Shown here in pieces: positions 10,062 to 19,637 of a stretch of DNA of 64,000 nt. The DNA lies in contig JAPHRO010000042.1 of the NCBI GenBank assembly GCA_026195895.1, forward strand, positions 19,086-83,085. Direction: 5' to 3'. The notes below the pieces were generated by a model. The model saw only the letters and a program-made list of their open reading frames with translations, had not been told where the DNA came from and ran no database searches. A program made the translations under genes and the position numbers. This DNA is from Gammaproteobacteria bacterium (GTDB taxonomy: Bacteria; Pseudomonadota; Gammaproteobacteria; SZUA-229). Within the stretch, counting starts at the first letter, position 1. Each line of letters starts with the position of its first letter.

Positions 10062-10284
10062 CTACAATAAAGCATTTAATAACATTCTTTTAACAAAGCT
10101 AATCAGGATCGATGAAATACCTGCCAATAACATATTAATCGAGCTTGCACCATGTTGAACCATTCAGTAATTTTTTAATGCAGCGCAAAACAAATTACGC
10201 ACCCTTATCGCTCAATCAGCCCCGCATAAATTTATAAAAAAAGTTCAAACCTTTGTTTTAATTCGTTTATTTTCTATTGGCATT

Positions 10285-10300
10285 GTTACTGCTTTAGCCA
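10285..10300 (+). promoter_or_regulatory. sigma-54 (-24/-12) promoter for the nitrate transporter gene
   Basis: TGGCAT-tgtta-CTGCT has the correct GG/GC spacing and sits immediately upstream of the transporter ORF. The likely start is GTG at 10335 with GGAG at 10322..10325. Confidence 0.5.
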
Positions 10301-10319
10301 GGGCACATACAATTTAAAT

Positions 10320-11804
10320 TTGGAGATTCACGCTGTGTCCAGCTCACAACTCAATCTGTTTTCCTTTAGCGGCAATACACGAATACTGCATTTCACCTGG
10401 TTTGCTTTCTTCTTAAGTTTTGTCATGTGGTTCAACCTGGCACCTTTTAAAGAATCGGTAATGGCCGCCTTTGACCTCACTGACCAGCAATGGAAAACTC
10501 TGCTGATTCTGAATATTGCGCTGACCATTCCGGCGCGCATTATCATCGGTATGCTGGTCGATAAATTTGGCCCCAGGATTATGTACAGCGCTCTGCTGTT
10601 CTCCTCGAGTCTGCTCTGTTTTGCTTTTGCCATGGCCGACAGTTTTGAGATGATGGCTATCATGCGTTTCCTGATGGGTTTCGTCGGGGCCGGTTTTGTT
10701 ATCGGCATTCGTATGATCGGCGAATGGTTCCCGGCTAAAACCGTTGGCGTTGCTGAAGGCGTTTACGGTGGCTGGGGTAATTTTGGTTCAGCGGCGGCAG
10801 CGATGTCACTGCCGACCCTGGCACTCATGTTCGGCGGTGACGATGGCTGGCGCTATGCAATTGCCTCTACCGGCGTGATTGCCCTGATCTATTCCGCGAT
10901 CTATTACTTTAACGTGCATAACACGCCAAAAGGCTCGACTTACTTCAAACCAAAAAAAACCGGCGCCATGGAAGTCACCAGCAAAAATGATTTTTATCTG
11001 TATGTGGTGATGAATATTCCCATGTACATCGCCCTGGCGGTGCTGAACTGGAAACTCGGCCCTGCTAATCTTGGCATGCTCACCGATACGGCCAGCACGG
11101 CGATTTACCTGATACTGTTTGCCATGTTCGTTTATCAATTTGCACAGATCTGGAAAATCAATAAACATATCTTTACCGAAGAAGTAGCTGAAATTCATCG
11201 CTATAAATTCAAACAGGTCGCGGTGCTGAACCTGGCCTACCTGGTGACCTTCGGTTCTGAACTTGCTGTGGTTTCTATGCTGCCTGGCTTCTTTATGGAT
11301 ACCTTTGAACTGACCCAGGTACTGGCGGGTACGCTGGCAGCCGGTTTTGCCTTTATGAATCTGGTAGCACGCCCCGGCGGCGGCCTGTTCAGCGACAGGT
11401 TTGGCCGCAAGAAAACCCTGATGTTCCTCCTCGGTGGCCTGACGATTGGTTATCTGATGATGAGTCAGATCACCTCCGGCTGGATAATCGCAGCAGCGGT
11501 TATGACTACGATGGCCTGTTCATTCTTTGTGCAGGCCGGTGAAGGTGCAGTATTCGCCATGGTGCCGCTGGTTAAACGTCGCATGACTGGACAGATTGCC
11601 GGCATGGCTGGCGCTTACGGTAACGTTGGTGGCGTGACCTTCCTGACCGTTTACTCCTTCGTCGAGCCGGCAACTTTCTTCATGGTGATTGCCGCAGCGG
11701 CCGTTGTAACCTTTGCGATCATTGCTATTTTTATGGAAGAACCTGAAGGCCATATAGCTGAAGTCATGCCTGACGGCACGGTAGAAATGATTGAGGTTTC
11801 ATAA
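10320..11804 (+). CDS. narK: MFS nitrate/nitrite transporter (NNP family, NarK/NasA type)
   Basis: 12-TM MFS with the NNP-family N-terminus and a GGWGNFG glycine-rich motif. It is divergent from the nir/nas operon. The true start is possibly GTG at 10335. Confidence 0.8.
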   Translation: MEIHAVSSSQLNLFSFSGNTRILHFTWFAFFLSFVMWFNLAPFKESVMAAFDLTDQQWKTLLILNIALTIPARIIIGMLVDKFGPRIMYSALLFSSSLLCFAFAMADSFEMMAIMRFLMGFVGAGFVIGIRMIGEWFPAKTVGVAEGVYGGWGNFGSAAAAMSLPTLALMFGGDDGWRYAIASTGVIALIYSAIYYFNVHNTPKGSTYFKPKKTGAMEVTSKNDFYLYVVMNIPMYIALAVLNWKLGPANLGMLTDTASTAIYLILFAMFVYQFAQIWKINKHIFTEEVAEIHRYKFKQVAVLNLAYLVTFGSELAVVSMLPGFFMDTFELTQVLAGTLAAGFAFMNLVARPGGGLFSDRFGRKKTLMFLLGGLTIGYLMMSQITSGWIIAAAVMTTMACSFFVQAGEGAVFAMVPLVKRRMTGQIAGMAGAYGNVGGVTFLTVYSFVEPATFFMVIAAAAVVTFAIIAIFMEEPEGHIAEVMPDGTVEMIEVS

Positions 11805-11837
11805 GCTTTACAAACTGATATTATCCAGTCTAATCGT

Positions 11838-11865
11838 CGCCCCATTTCAGGGGCGGCCTTCTTTT
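11838..11865 (+). terminator. rho-independent terminator after the nitrate transporter
   Basis: cgcccc-atttca-ggggcg stem-loop followed by a T-rich tract. Confidence 0.5.
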
Positions 11866-11879
11866 AAAAAGATTTTTTT

Positions 11880-13589
11880 ATGACCGGCAAGTTAACAGTA
11901 TCCATCGGACAAAGTTCCGATAAAGGCATCAAGCCGCAAAATGAAGATTCCTATGGCGTACTGAGCCCCGACGACAAGTTACTGGATAGCAAGGGTATCG
12001 CCGCTATTGTGGCCGACGGCATGGGTAGTTGCGCCTATCCCAGGGAAGCCAGCGAATACTGTGTAAAAGGTTTTTTTAGCGACTACTACAGCACGGCTGA
12101 TTCCTGGACGGTAAAAACCTCCGCCGCCAAAGTGCTCACGGCACTAAATAGCTGGCTCTATGGTAAAAGCTCGAACGATCAGGTCAGGGCCTACGTATCA
12201 ACCTTTAGCGCGCTGATCATTAAATCAACCACGGCCCATATTTTTCAGATTGGTGATTCACGCATTTATCGATTTCGTGACGGCATGCTGGAACAACTCA
12301 CCCAGGATCATCGGGTCTGGTTTTCCCAGGAAAAAAATTATCTGAGTCGCGCCATTGGCATCGACCTGCATCTGGATATCGATTACAAAACCCTGGAAGC
12401 TGAAGTGGACGACCTGTTTATCATGACCACCGACGGCGTGCATGATTATGTCAGCGATCAACAGCTTAAAAATCTGCTGACCGGTACAGGCGATCTGGAT
12501 GTGATCGCCGATAAAATTGTCATGATGGCGCTGGAGCAGCAAAGCCATGACAATGTCACCTGCCAGATTATTCGGGTCGATAAACTTCCCAGTCAGACGG
12601 CCAGTGAAGTCTACCGTGAACTGGCGAAACTGCCCTTTCCCCCCGAGCTGGAACCGGGCATGGAACTGGATGGCTACCGGATACTCAGGGAAATAAGTGC
12701 CAGCCCCACCAGCCAGCTATATCTGGTTGAAGACAGGGCATCCGGCCAGCACATGGTGATGAAAACACCCTCGGTTAATTACGATGACGATCCGTCTTAT
12801 ATCGAACGCTTTCACCTGGAAGAATGGGCCGGCAAACGGCTCAGACACAAAAATATACTGGCAACCTACGAACAAACCCGCCCGCGAAACTTTCTGTATT
12901 TCCTGATGGAATACATCGACGGCCAGACGCTGGCGCAATGGATTCAGCAAAACCCGACACCGGATATTAAAATCGTCACGGGCATCATTGAACAACTCAT
13001 CCAGGGTATACGCGCTATCCATCGCATGGAAATGCTGCACCGGGATTTGAAGCCGGATAACATCATCCTTACTCCCGATGGCATCGTAAAAATCATCGAT
13101 TTTGGCTCGATTAAAATCGCCGGTATTCAGGAAATCAGTACGCCGGTAGAACGACTGGAGCTGCTGGGCACCAGGAACTATACTGCACCCGAGTATCTGA
13201 TCGGCATGGCCGGCAGCAACAAATCCGACCTGTTTTCACTCGGCATTATCTGTTACCAGATGCTCACTGGAAAACTACCCTATGGCGATCGCCTCAACCG
13301 CAATAGCAACTGGCGTTCCATTAGTAAAATCCGCTACATTTCAGCGCTCAATTACAATCCAATGATTCCATTGTGGCTGGATGGTGCAATTGAAAAGGCC
13401 GTGCGCTGCGACGCACGCATGCGTTATGAGACTTTTTCCGAGTTTTTCCACGACCTCACCCACCCCAATAATTCTTTCATGAAACAGAATTTGCCCCTGA
13501 TCGAAAAGAATCCGCTTGTTGTCTGGCAATTGATCGCGGCAATTCTGGCCATCGGCAATGTTATCCTGGCCTATCTTTTATTAAATTAA
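11880..13589 (+). CDS. fusion protein: N-terminal PP2C-type Ser/Thr phosphatase, Hanks-type Ser/Thr kinase, C-terminal transmembrane anchor
   Basis: The N-terminus (about 250 aa) has PP2C metal-binding motifs (GKPQNEDS; VADGMGS; TDGV). The kinase domain has HRDLKPDNIIL, DFG and APE-like motifs. The C-terminal LVVWQLIAAILAIGNVILAYLLL is hydrophobic. It sits beside the nitrate transporter, as in Pseudomonas nas loci, which carry a Ser/Thr kinase. Confidence 0.75.
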   Translation: MTGKLTVSIGQSSDKGIKPQNEDSYGVLSPDDKLLDSKGIAAIVADGMGSCAYPREASEYCVKGFFSDYYSTADSWTVKTSAAKVLTALNSWLYGKSSNDQVRAYVSTFSALIIKSTTAHIFQIGDSRIYRFRDGMLEQLTQDHRVWFSQEKNYLSRAIGIDLHLDIDYKTLEAEVDDLFIMTTDGVHDYVSDQQLKNLLTGTGDLDVIADKIVMMALEQQSHDNVTCQIIRVDKLPSQTASEVYRELAKLPFPPELEPGMELDGYRILREISASPTSQLYLVEDRASGQHMVMKTPSVNYDDDPSYIERFHLEEWAGKRLRHKNILATYEQTRPRNFLYFLMEYIDGQTLAQWIQQNPTPDIKIVTGIIEQLIQGIRAIHRMEMLHRDLKPDNIILTPDGIVKIIDFGSIKIAGIQEISTPVERLELLGTRNYTAPEYLIGMAGSNKSDLFSLGIICYQMLTGKLPYGDRLNRNSNWRSISKIRYISALNYNPMIPLWLDGAIEKAVRCDARMRYETFSEFFHDLTHPNNSFMKQNLPLIEKNPLVVWQLIAAILAIGNVILAYLLLN

Positions 13590-13696
13590 ACTCTCCGACA
13601 AATACGCTTTAAGCAAAATCAATGACGAATCAGTGAATATTCGCCGGACTGTACTACAATGTATTAATCTATTGTTTTTACACCGGTTTTGAGTCT

Positions 13697-15625
13697 ATGC
13701 CTGCCAATCAACAAACCTCTGCCGAAGTCATCGACCTGAGGAAAAGCCTGCGCAACCGAGAGGCTGAAATTGAGTTATTGCAGGAAACTTTTGAGCAGGT
13801 GGGCAGCGAACTGGAGCTGGAAAAAGTCTTCCAGATTGTGGCTGAACGCGCCCATCAACTGGTACAGGCTGAAACCATACTTATTCCGATACTGGACGAC
13901 GACTGCGAAACTTACACCTATCGCGGCGGTTCGGGTAAAAATGCCAGCGAAATCGTGGGTGAATCACTTCCCATCAACTTCGGGGTCTGCGGCTGGGTAT
14001 GGCGACATAAAAAAGCCTGGTGGCGTGGCATACTCGATGAACTCAACGAAGAAGAGCGCAATCTCTGGGAACAGGAAGCCGGCACGGTCATACTGGTTCC
14101 CCTGCAAGGAAAAAAACACTTTCTTGGTGGCATCGCCGGCATTAATAAAATTGGCGGCGGCGAGTTTGATCGTCGCGATATGGTATTACTTTCACTGTTT
14201 GCCAGCATTGTTGCCATAGCGATTGAAAACGCCATGGCAGTGCAAAGAATTGAATATGCCAACCAGACCAACGAAAAAAATCAACACCGATTAGAACGAC
14301 TGAATCGCCAGCTCATGGAAAGCAGTCGAGAACTGGAACAGTTGTCGCTTTATGATCCGGTAACCTCCCTGCCAAATCGGTCGCTGTTTCATGATCGCCT
14401 CAATCAGAACATCTCGGTTGCTCAGAAAAACAATCAGCATATTGGTGTACTGCTGGTGGATCTGAATAACTTCAAGGGCATTAATGAAACGCTGGGTCAC
14501 GAACAGGGTGATCAGTTACTCAAGGAATTTGCTCAACGATTACTCAGCATTCTTAATCCCGACGAAACCATCAGCCGACTGGGGGGTGACGAATTCGGTC
14601 TAATACTGCCCAAGTCCGATGCCAAAAAAACGCTGGCCCGCGGCAGGAAACTGCTTCAGCTACTGGATGATTACTTTGTGATAGATCATGCAGAAATCAC
14701 CATCGGCGCCTGTATAGGCGCCTGCATCTATCCAGATCATGGCGATGATATTGCCAATTTATTACGTCGTGCTGATAACGCCATGCATAACGCAAAAAGA
14801 CAAAAGCGCGATATATTTCTCTATGATCCCGAAGAAGATCATTCGTCCATGCGTCAGCTCACCATGGCTACGGATTTACGCAAGGCCTTCGATGAAAACC
14901 AGTTTGAACTGTTTTACCAGCCCAAAATAAACATGGCAGACGATAGCCTGATTGGTGTTGAAGCACTGGGCCGCTGGAAACACCCTTTACGCGGCTATAT
15001 TCCGCCCGCTATTTTTATTCCTAATCTTGAGCAATTAGGCATGATCGACAGGTTCACCTATAAAGCCATTGAATTAGCACTGGATCAGATTAGCCAGTGG
15101 GAACAACAGGGATACAACATTAAAGTTGCGATCAACTTATCTACTCAGACATTAATGAATCCAGAATTCATTCTTCATCTAAAAGATATTATTAAAAATC
15201 CTGCTACCGGCGAAAAATTACTCTTTGAAATTACCGAAAATTTATTCCTGTCAGAATATGATCGACTATCCGAGACTTTAGCTTTTATCAGAGACCTGGG
15301 TATTCATCTTTCCATTGACGACTTTGGTACCGGCTATTCATCACTCAGTCGATTAAAAAAATTGCCGGTTAGCGAATTAAAAATTGATCAGTCATTTGTT
15401 ACCGACATGATTGATGATGCTGATGATAAAGTTATCGTGAAGTCGACCATAGAGCTGGCGCATAATCTCGGCCTGAACGTGGTTGCCGAAGGCATAGAAA
15501 CCGAAGATGTATATAAAAAACTTAAACTAATGGGTTGTGATATCGCCCAGGGTTATTTTATTAGCAAACCCATACCCAGTAATGAATTCGATCAGTTTTT
15601 ACAACAGCAAAACATCTCCAGTTAA
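13697..15625 (+). CDS. GAF-GGDEF-EAL c-di-GMP turnover protein
   Basis: Coiled-coil N-terminus, GAF-like region, RLGGDEFGL (GGDEF) and EALGRW (EAL) motifs with the C-terminal EAL signature DDFGTGYSS. Confidence 0.8.
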   Translation: MPANQQTSAEVIDLRKSLRNREAEIELLQETFEQVGSELELEKVFQIVAERAHQLVQAETILIPILDDDCETYTYRGGSGKNASEIVGESLPINFGVCGWVWRHKKAWWRGILDELNEEERNLWEQEAGTVILVPLQGKKHFLGGIAGINKIGGGEFDRRDMVLLSLFASIVAIAIENAMAVQRIEYANQTNEKNQHRLERLNRQLMESSRELEQLSLYDPVTSLPNRSLFHDRLNQNISVAQKNNQHIGVLLVDLNNFKGINETLGHEQGDQLLKEFAQRLLSILNPDETISRLGGDEFGLILPKSDAKKTLARGRKLLQLLDDYFVIDHAEITIGACIGACIYPDHGDDIANLLRRADNAMHNAKRQKRDIFLYDPEEDHSSMRQLTMATDLRKAFDENQFELFYQPKINMADDSLIGVEALGRWKHPLRGYIPPAIFIPNLEQLGMIDRFTYKAIELALDQISQWEQQGYNIKVAINLSTQTLMNPEFILHLKDIIKNPATGEKLLFEITENLFLSEYDRLSETLAFIRDLGIHLSIDDFGTGYSSLSRLKKLPVSELKIDQSFVTDMIDDADDKVIVKSTIELAHNLGLNVVAEGIETEDVYKKLKLMGCDIAQGYFISKPIPSNEFDQFLQQQNISS

Positions 15626-15636
15626 AATTCTAACGC

Positions 15637-17811
15637 TTAAACTTTGCTGCGACTAACACTTACTATATTCGGTAACTGGCCTACTTTATCCATCACTCTG
15701 CCAAGTTGTTGCAGGTCGCTAATTTCAGCACTAATCGTCATATCAGCAGTCTGATCATCTTTATTTGACAGGGTATTCACACCAATAACATCGACTTTTT
15801 CATCCGCCAGCACCTTGCTTACATCACGTAACAAACCCTGGCGATCAATCGCCTCAACGTGAATAGATACCTGATAAGTTTTAGCCAGATCACCGCCCCA
15901 TTCGGCTTCGATTAAGCGCCCTCTTTTATCTGCTTCCAGGTTAATAATATTGACACAATCCTGACGATGAATGCTTATTCCCTGGCCGCGGGTAATAAAG
16001 CCAATAATTTGATCACCGGGAACCGGTTTACAGCAATTTGCGATCGAGGTTAATAAATTCCCTACACCTCTAACACGAACCTCATCACCTTTGGCCTGAA
16101 CCTTTTTAGTCGGATATTTTTTTGTTTCCAGCGGAATAACATTTTCATCTTTCGGCATGTATGCCTGATGCAGAGCATTGGCAATCTGCCCGAAAGTTAT
16201 ATCGCCTCGACCAATGGCGGCATACATTTCCTCGACTGTTTGCCATTTAAAGTGAACAGAAATTTGCTGCGCATCAACTTTGCCTAAACCGAGTCGATTA
16301 ACTTCTCGGTCAAAGACAACTTTTCCATCAATCTGGTTTTGTGCATAATCCTGATGTTTGAACCAACTACGTACTTTCGCCCGTGCACGATTGGTTTTTA
16401 AATAGCCGAGGTTGGGATTCATCCAGTCGCGACTGGGGGCCGCTGTTTTTGAAGTTAATACCTCTACCCGCTCACCATTCTGCAACTCGTAAGTTAACTG
16501 CACGATGTGGCCATTGACTTTGGCACCACGACAGCGATGACCTATTTCCGAATGCACGATATAGGCAAAATCCAGCGGCGTTGAACCCTGGGGTAAATCA
16601 ATTACCTTACCCTTGGGGGTCAGAATAAATACACGATCGGGAAATAACTCGGTATGAAAACTGTCGATCAGTTCTTCATCTTTGGTTTCATTGGGATCGA
16701 GTAATTTGCGCAACGAAACAATACCTTTTTCCAGATTGGCATCACTGTTCGTACCTTCTTTATAACGCCAGTGAGCGGCAACACCATATTCTGAAAATTC
16801 GTGCATTTCACGGGTGCGAATCTGAATTTCCAGCGGTTTGCCTTCCGGCCCCAGCACTGCAGTGTGCAAGGACTGGTAACCGTTTTCTTTTGAATTCGCT
16901 ATGTAATCATCAAACTCTTTGGCAATATGTCGCCATTTGCCATGCACCAGGCCGAGGGCGGTATAACATTCGGCAATGGTATCGACAGTAATGCGAATCG
17001 CACGCACATCAAACAGCTCGGTAAAATCCTTTTGCTTGGCGACCATTTTTTTCCAGATACTGTAAATATGTTTGGGGCGGCCATAAACTTCTGCATGGAC
17101 GCCCGAAGCATCTAGCATCGACCTGATTTCAGAGACCACATTACAGATATATTCTTCACGCGCTTCCCGCCGTTCTTCCAGCATTTTTGCAATGCGTCGG
17201 TAAGTCATCGGTTCCAGATAACGAAAGGACAAATCTTCCAGTTCCCACTTTAGCTGCCCTATGCCCAGACGATTGGCGAGTGGGGCAAAAATCTCCAGTG
17301 TTTCCCGTGCAATATTAGAGCGCAGTTCTTCGTTAGCAGTGCTTGCCAACTGGCGTAACCGCTGAACTCGATAGGCCAGTTTAATGAGTATGACCCGTAC
17401 ATCTTCCACCATGGATAACAGCATGCGGCGTAATCGTTCCGCCTGGTCAGGCGCATCGGACTGGTGGCTGTCAAGCTGAAAATCATGCAACCAGCGAACC
17501 TTTTCAACCATGTGGATTATGTCGGCGCTAAAATTTTTTCCCAGACGTTCGACGAGTTCTTCTTTCTGTAAACGAGAATCGCCCAGCAGCGCAACAATCA
17601 ATGTGGTTTCATCAACACCCAGGTCTGCCAGAATAAGCGCCACATCCAGACCACTGGGAAGATCTGACGGCTTGTCCTGTACTGACCAGCTTATTTCACA
17701 GGCTTTTCTCAGTGGACTATTTTCATCGAGACGCTTGTCGGTAAGCTTCTGTAAAAATTCATCCACTGTATATTGATGAACGATACCGGGCTGAGGCTTT
17801 GTTTTTTGCAT
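15637..17811 (-). CDS. relA: GTP pyrophosphokinase, (p)ppGpp synthetase I
   Basis: Long identity runs to RelA (ANRLGIGQLKWELEDLSFRYL, YGRPKHIYSIWKKM, GYQSLHTAVLGPEGK). The HD hydrolase motif is degenerate, which favours RelA over SpoT. Confidence 0.8.
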   Translation of the reverse strand: MQKTKPQPGIVHQYTVDEFLQKLTDKRLDENSPLRKACEISWSVQDKPSDLPSGLDVALILADLGVDETTLIVALLGDSRLQKEELVERLGKNFSADIIHMVEKVRWLHDFQLDSHQSDAPDQAERLRRMLLSMVEDVRVILIKLAYRVQRLRQLASTANEELRSNIARETLEIFAPLANRLGIGQLKWELEDLSFRYLEPMTYRRIAKMLEERREAREEYICNVVSEIRSMLDASGVHAEVYGRPKHIYSIWKKMVAKQKDFTELFDVRAIRITVDTIAECYTALGLVHGKWRHIAKEFDDYIANSKENGYQSLHTAVLGPEGKPLEIQIRTREMHEFSEYGVAAHWRYKEGTNSDANLEKGIVSLRKLLDPNETKDEELIDSFHTELFPDRVFILTPKGKVIDLPQGSTPLDFAYIVHSEIGHRCRGAKVNGHIVQLTYELQNGERVEVLTSKTAAPSRDWMNPNLGYLKTNRARAKVRSWFKHQDYAQNQIDGKVVFDREVNRLGLGKVDAQQISVHFKWQTVEEMYAAIGRGDITFGQIANALHQAYMPKDENVIPLETKKYPTKKVQAKGDEVRVRGVGNLLTSIANCCKPVPGDQIIGFITRGQGISIHRQDCVNIINLEADKRGRLIEAEWGGDLAKTYQVSIHVEAIDRQGLLRDVSKVLADEKVDVIGVNTLSNKDDQTADMTISAEISDLQQLGRVMDKVGQLPNIVSVSRSKV

Positions 17812-17920
17812 TGCAGGCTTTTTTAGTTGAGGTCGACTGGACCCCAGAGATTTTAGGCTAAATTATCAGCGAATGTGGGAAATTGCATTTATTAACGGGT
17901 AGCAAGCACAAACATGTAAA

Positions 17921-18340
17921 TCAGTGATTCTGGCACTCAGGATCAGTGCAGTGTCCGTACAGGATCATGCTGTGCTCAGTGATGACAAAGTTATGCTCGG
18001 CCGCAATTTTATTCTGCCGATCCTCTATGATTTCATCCATAAATTCGGTTACCTTGCCGCATTTCAGGCATACCATGTGATCGTGGTGGCCACCCTGATT
18101 AAGTTCAAATACCGCCTGGCCACCTTCAAAATGATGTCGATTTACCAGGCCGGCACCTTCAAATTGCGTCAGCACACGGTATACCGTTGCCAGACCAATT
18201 TCTTCACCGGCTTCCAGCAGGGCTTTATAGATATCCTCGGCACTCTGGTGGCGTTCCTGAGTCGCTTCCAGCAGTTCCAGAATCTTCATTCTGGGCAGCG
18301 TAACTTTCAGGCCGGCCTTTTTTAAATCAGCGGTTTCCAT
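17921..18340 (-). CDS. fur: ferric uptake regulator
   Basis: 139-aa protein with HHDHMVCLKCGKVTEF and a C-terminal CTDPEC metal-binding motif. Confidence 0.85.
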   Translation of the reverse strand: METADLKKAGLKVTLPRMKILELLEATQERHQSAEDIYKALLEAGEEIGLATVYRVLTQFEGAGLVNRHHFEGGQAVFELNQGGHHDHMVCLKCGKVTEFMDEIIEDRQNKIAAEHNFVITEHSMILYGHCTDPECQNH

Positions 18341-18423
18341 GTAAACTCCTGCTGGTTTTTATGTTCTTATGCTAATATTCAGCACCCTATTATACGCACA
18401 AACGACCCTGAACATTAATCTAT

Positions 18424-18780
18424 ATGCGAAAGAATCTCATTTTTATTGCAATTTTATCCTCTGTAAACCTTGCTTCCTGCACCAGTATTTTGCCCGAACC
18501 GCATAAAATCGATATCCAGCAGGGCAATCGCGTCAAGCAGGAAGATTTTGAAAAACTCAAACTCGGCATGAACCGCAAACAGGTGATATTTATTCTCGGC
18601 ACCCCCCTGTTGCAGGATGGTTTTCACCAAAATCGCTGGGATTATCTTTTTTATCTGATACCGGGCAATGCAGAACCACGCCAGTCACGACTTAGTTTGT
18701 TTTTTGAAAATGATATACTGGTCCGTATTGATGACAGCCAGTACACACCCGAAGTGCAGGAAATAGAACCCGCTAAATAG
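18424..18780 (+). CDS. bamE: outer membrane protein assembly factor BamE (SmpA/OmlA lipoprotein)
   Basis: Lipobox LASC, then DIQQGNRVKQEDFEKLKLGMNRKQVIFILGTPLL typical of BamE. The ratAB/bamE/smpB synteny supports the call. Confidence 0.8.
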   Translation: MRKNLIFIAILSSVNLASCTSILPEPHKIDIQQGNRVKQEDFEKLKLGMNRKQVIFILGTPLLQDGFHQNRWDYLFYLIPGNAEPRQSRLSLFFENDILVRIDDSQYTPEVQEIEPAK

Positions 18781-18832
18781 CGGTGACTGTTGGCTAGAAA
18801 ATAGAGATATCGGTCACAGGCAAGCCAGGAAA

Positions 18833-19192
18833 TTACGCCGACTCGCTAGCGCCGCCCCCTTTCTTCATCCGCTTGCCTTCCGCTTCACGTTTACGCCGAA
18901 CTTCCTTGGGATCCGCAATCAGGGGCCGGTAGATCTCTACCCGGTCACCCGGATTCAATTCAACCGTTTTTTTTGACAGCTTGCCAAAAATACCCAGCTT
19001 GTTTTTATCCAGATCAATTTCAGGAAACTGCTCCAGAATGCCGGACTCCTGTATCGCCTGCTCAGCCGTGGCGCCAACTGGCATATCCACATTGATTATG
19101 ACCTGCTGATCAGCGCGGGCATAGGCGACTTCAACATCTATGGATTCAGATTCGCTCACCGTAAACCTCAATTGCTCGTTTTGTAAAGGCAT
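18833..19192 (-). CDS. ratB: RnfH-family small protein (RatB/YfjF homologue)
   Basis: ...VEVAYA...IDLDKNKLGIFGK...GDRVEIYRPLIADPKE is near-identical in pattern to E. coli YfjF. The likely true start is GTG at 19159 (MSESESIDVEV). Confidence 0.7.
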   Translation of the reverse strand: MPLQNEQLRFTVSESESIDVEVAYARADQQVIINVDMPVGATAEQAIQESGILEQFPEIDLDKNKLGIFGKLSKKTVELNPGDRVEIYRPLIADPKEVRRKREAEGKRMKKGGGASESA

Positions 19193-19637
19193 CCACCATG
19201 GAATTCGCTATCTGGTTAAACACGGAACCCATCGCCAGCGCGATGAGTTTGCTTTCAAACTCAAAGTCCAGGTCAAAGGAGATTTTGCAGGCCTCGCTGC
19301 TTTTCAACGTGTCGAATCGCCAGTATCCCTGCAAATGTTTAAAGGGGCCTTTTAACAGACGCATTTCAATCATTTTATTTTTTTGCATACGATTGATGGT
19401 GGTAAAGGATTTGTTCAATGCACCCCTGGCTATTTCGATACTGGCCTTCACTTCATCCTCGGTTTTGGCAAGGACCTCGGTTGATCGACACCAGGGCAAA
19501 AATGCTGGATAGGTTTCTATGTCTTCCACCAACTGGTACATCTCCTCCACGGAGTATGGCACCAGGGCGCTACGGGAAATTAACGGCACAATACTTTTCT
19601 TTATTCGCTTTGCTTTATTCGAATTTAAGGACACCAA
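19146..19637 (-). CDS. ratA: SRPBCC/polyketide-cyclase-fold protein (RatA/YfjG, ribosome-association toxin-like)
   Basis: 163 aa. Its position is directly upstream of ratB and divergent from the bamE side, matching the enterobacterial arrangement. The protein has an SRPBCC-like size and pattern. Confidence 0.6.
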   Translation of the reverse strand: MVSLNSNKAKRIKKSIVPLISRSALVPYSVEEMYQLVEDIETYPAFLPWCRSTEVLAKTEDEVKASIEIARGALNKSFTTINRMQKNKMIEMRLLKGPFKHLQGYWRFDTLKSSEACKISFDLDFEFESKLIALAMGSVFNQIANSMVDAFTKRAIEVYGERI

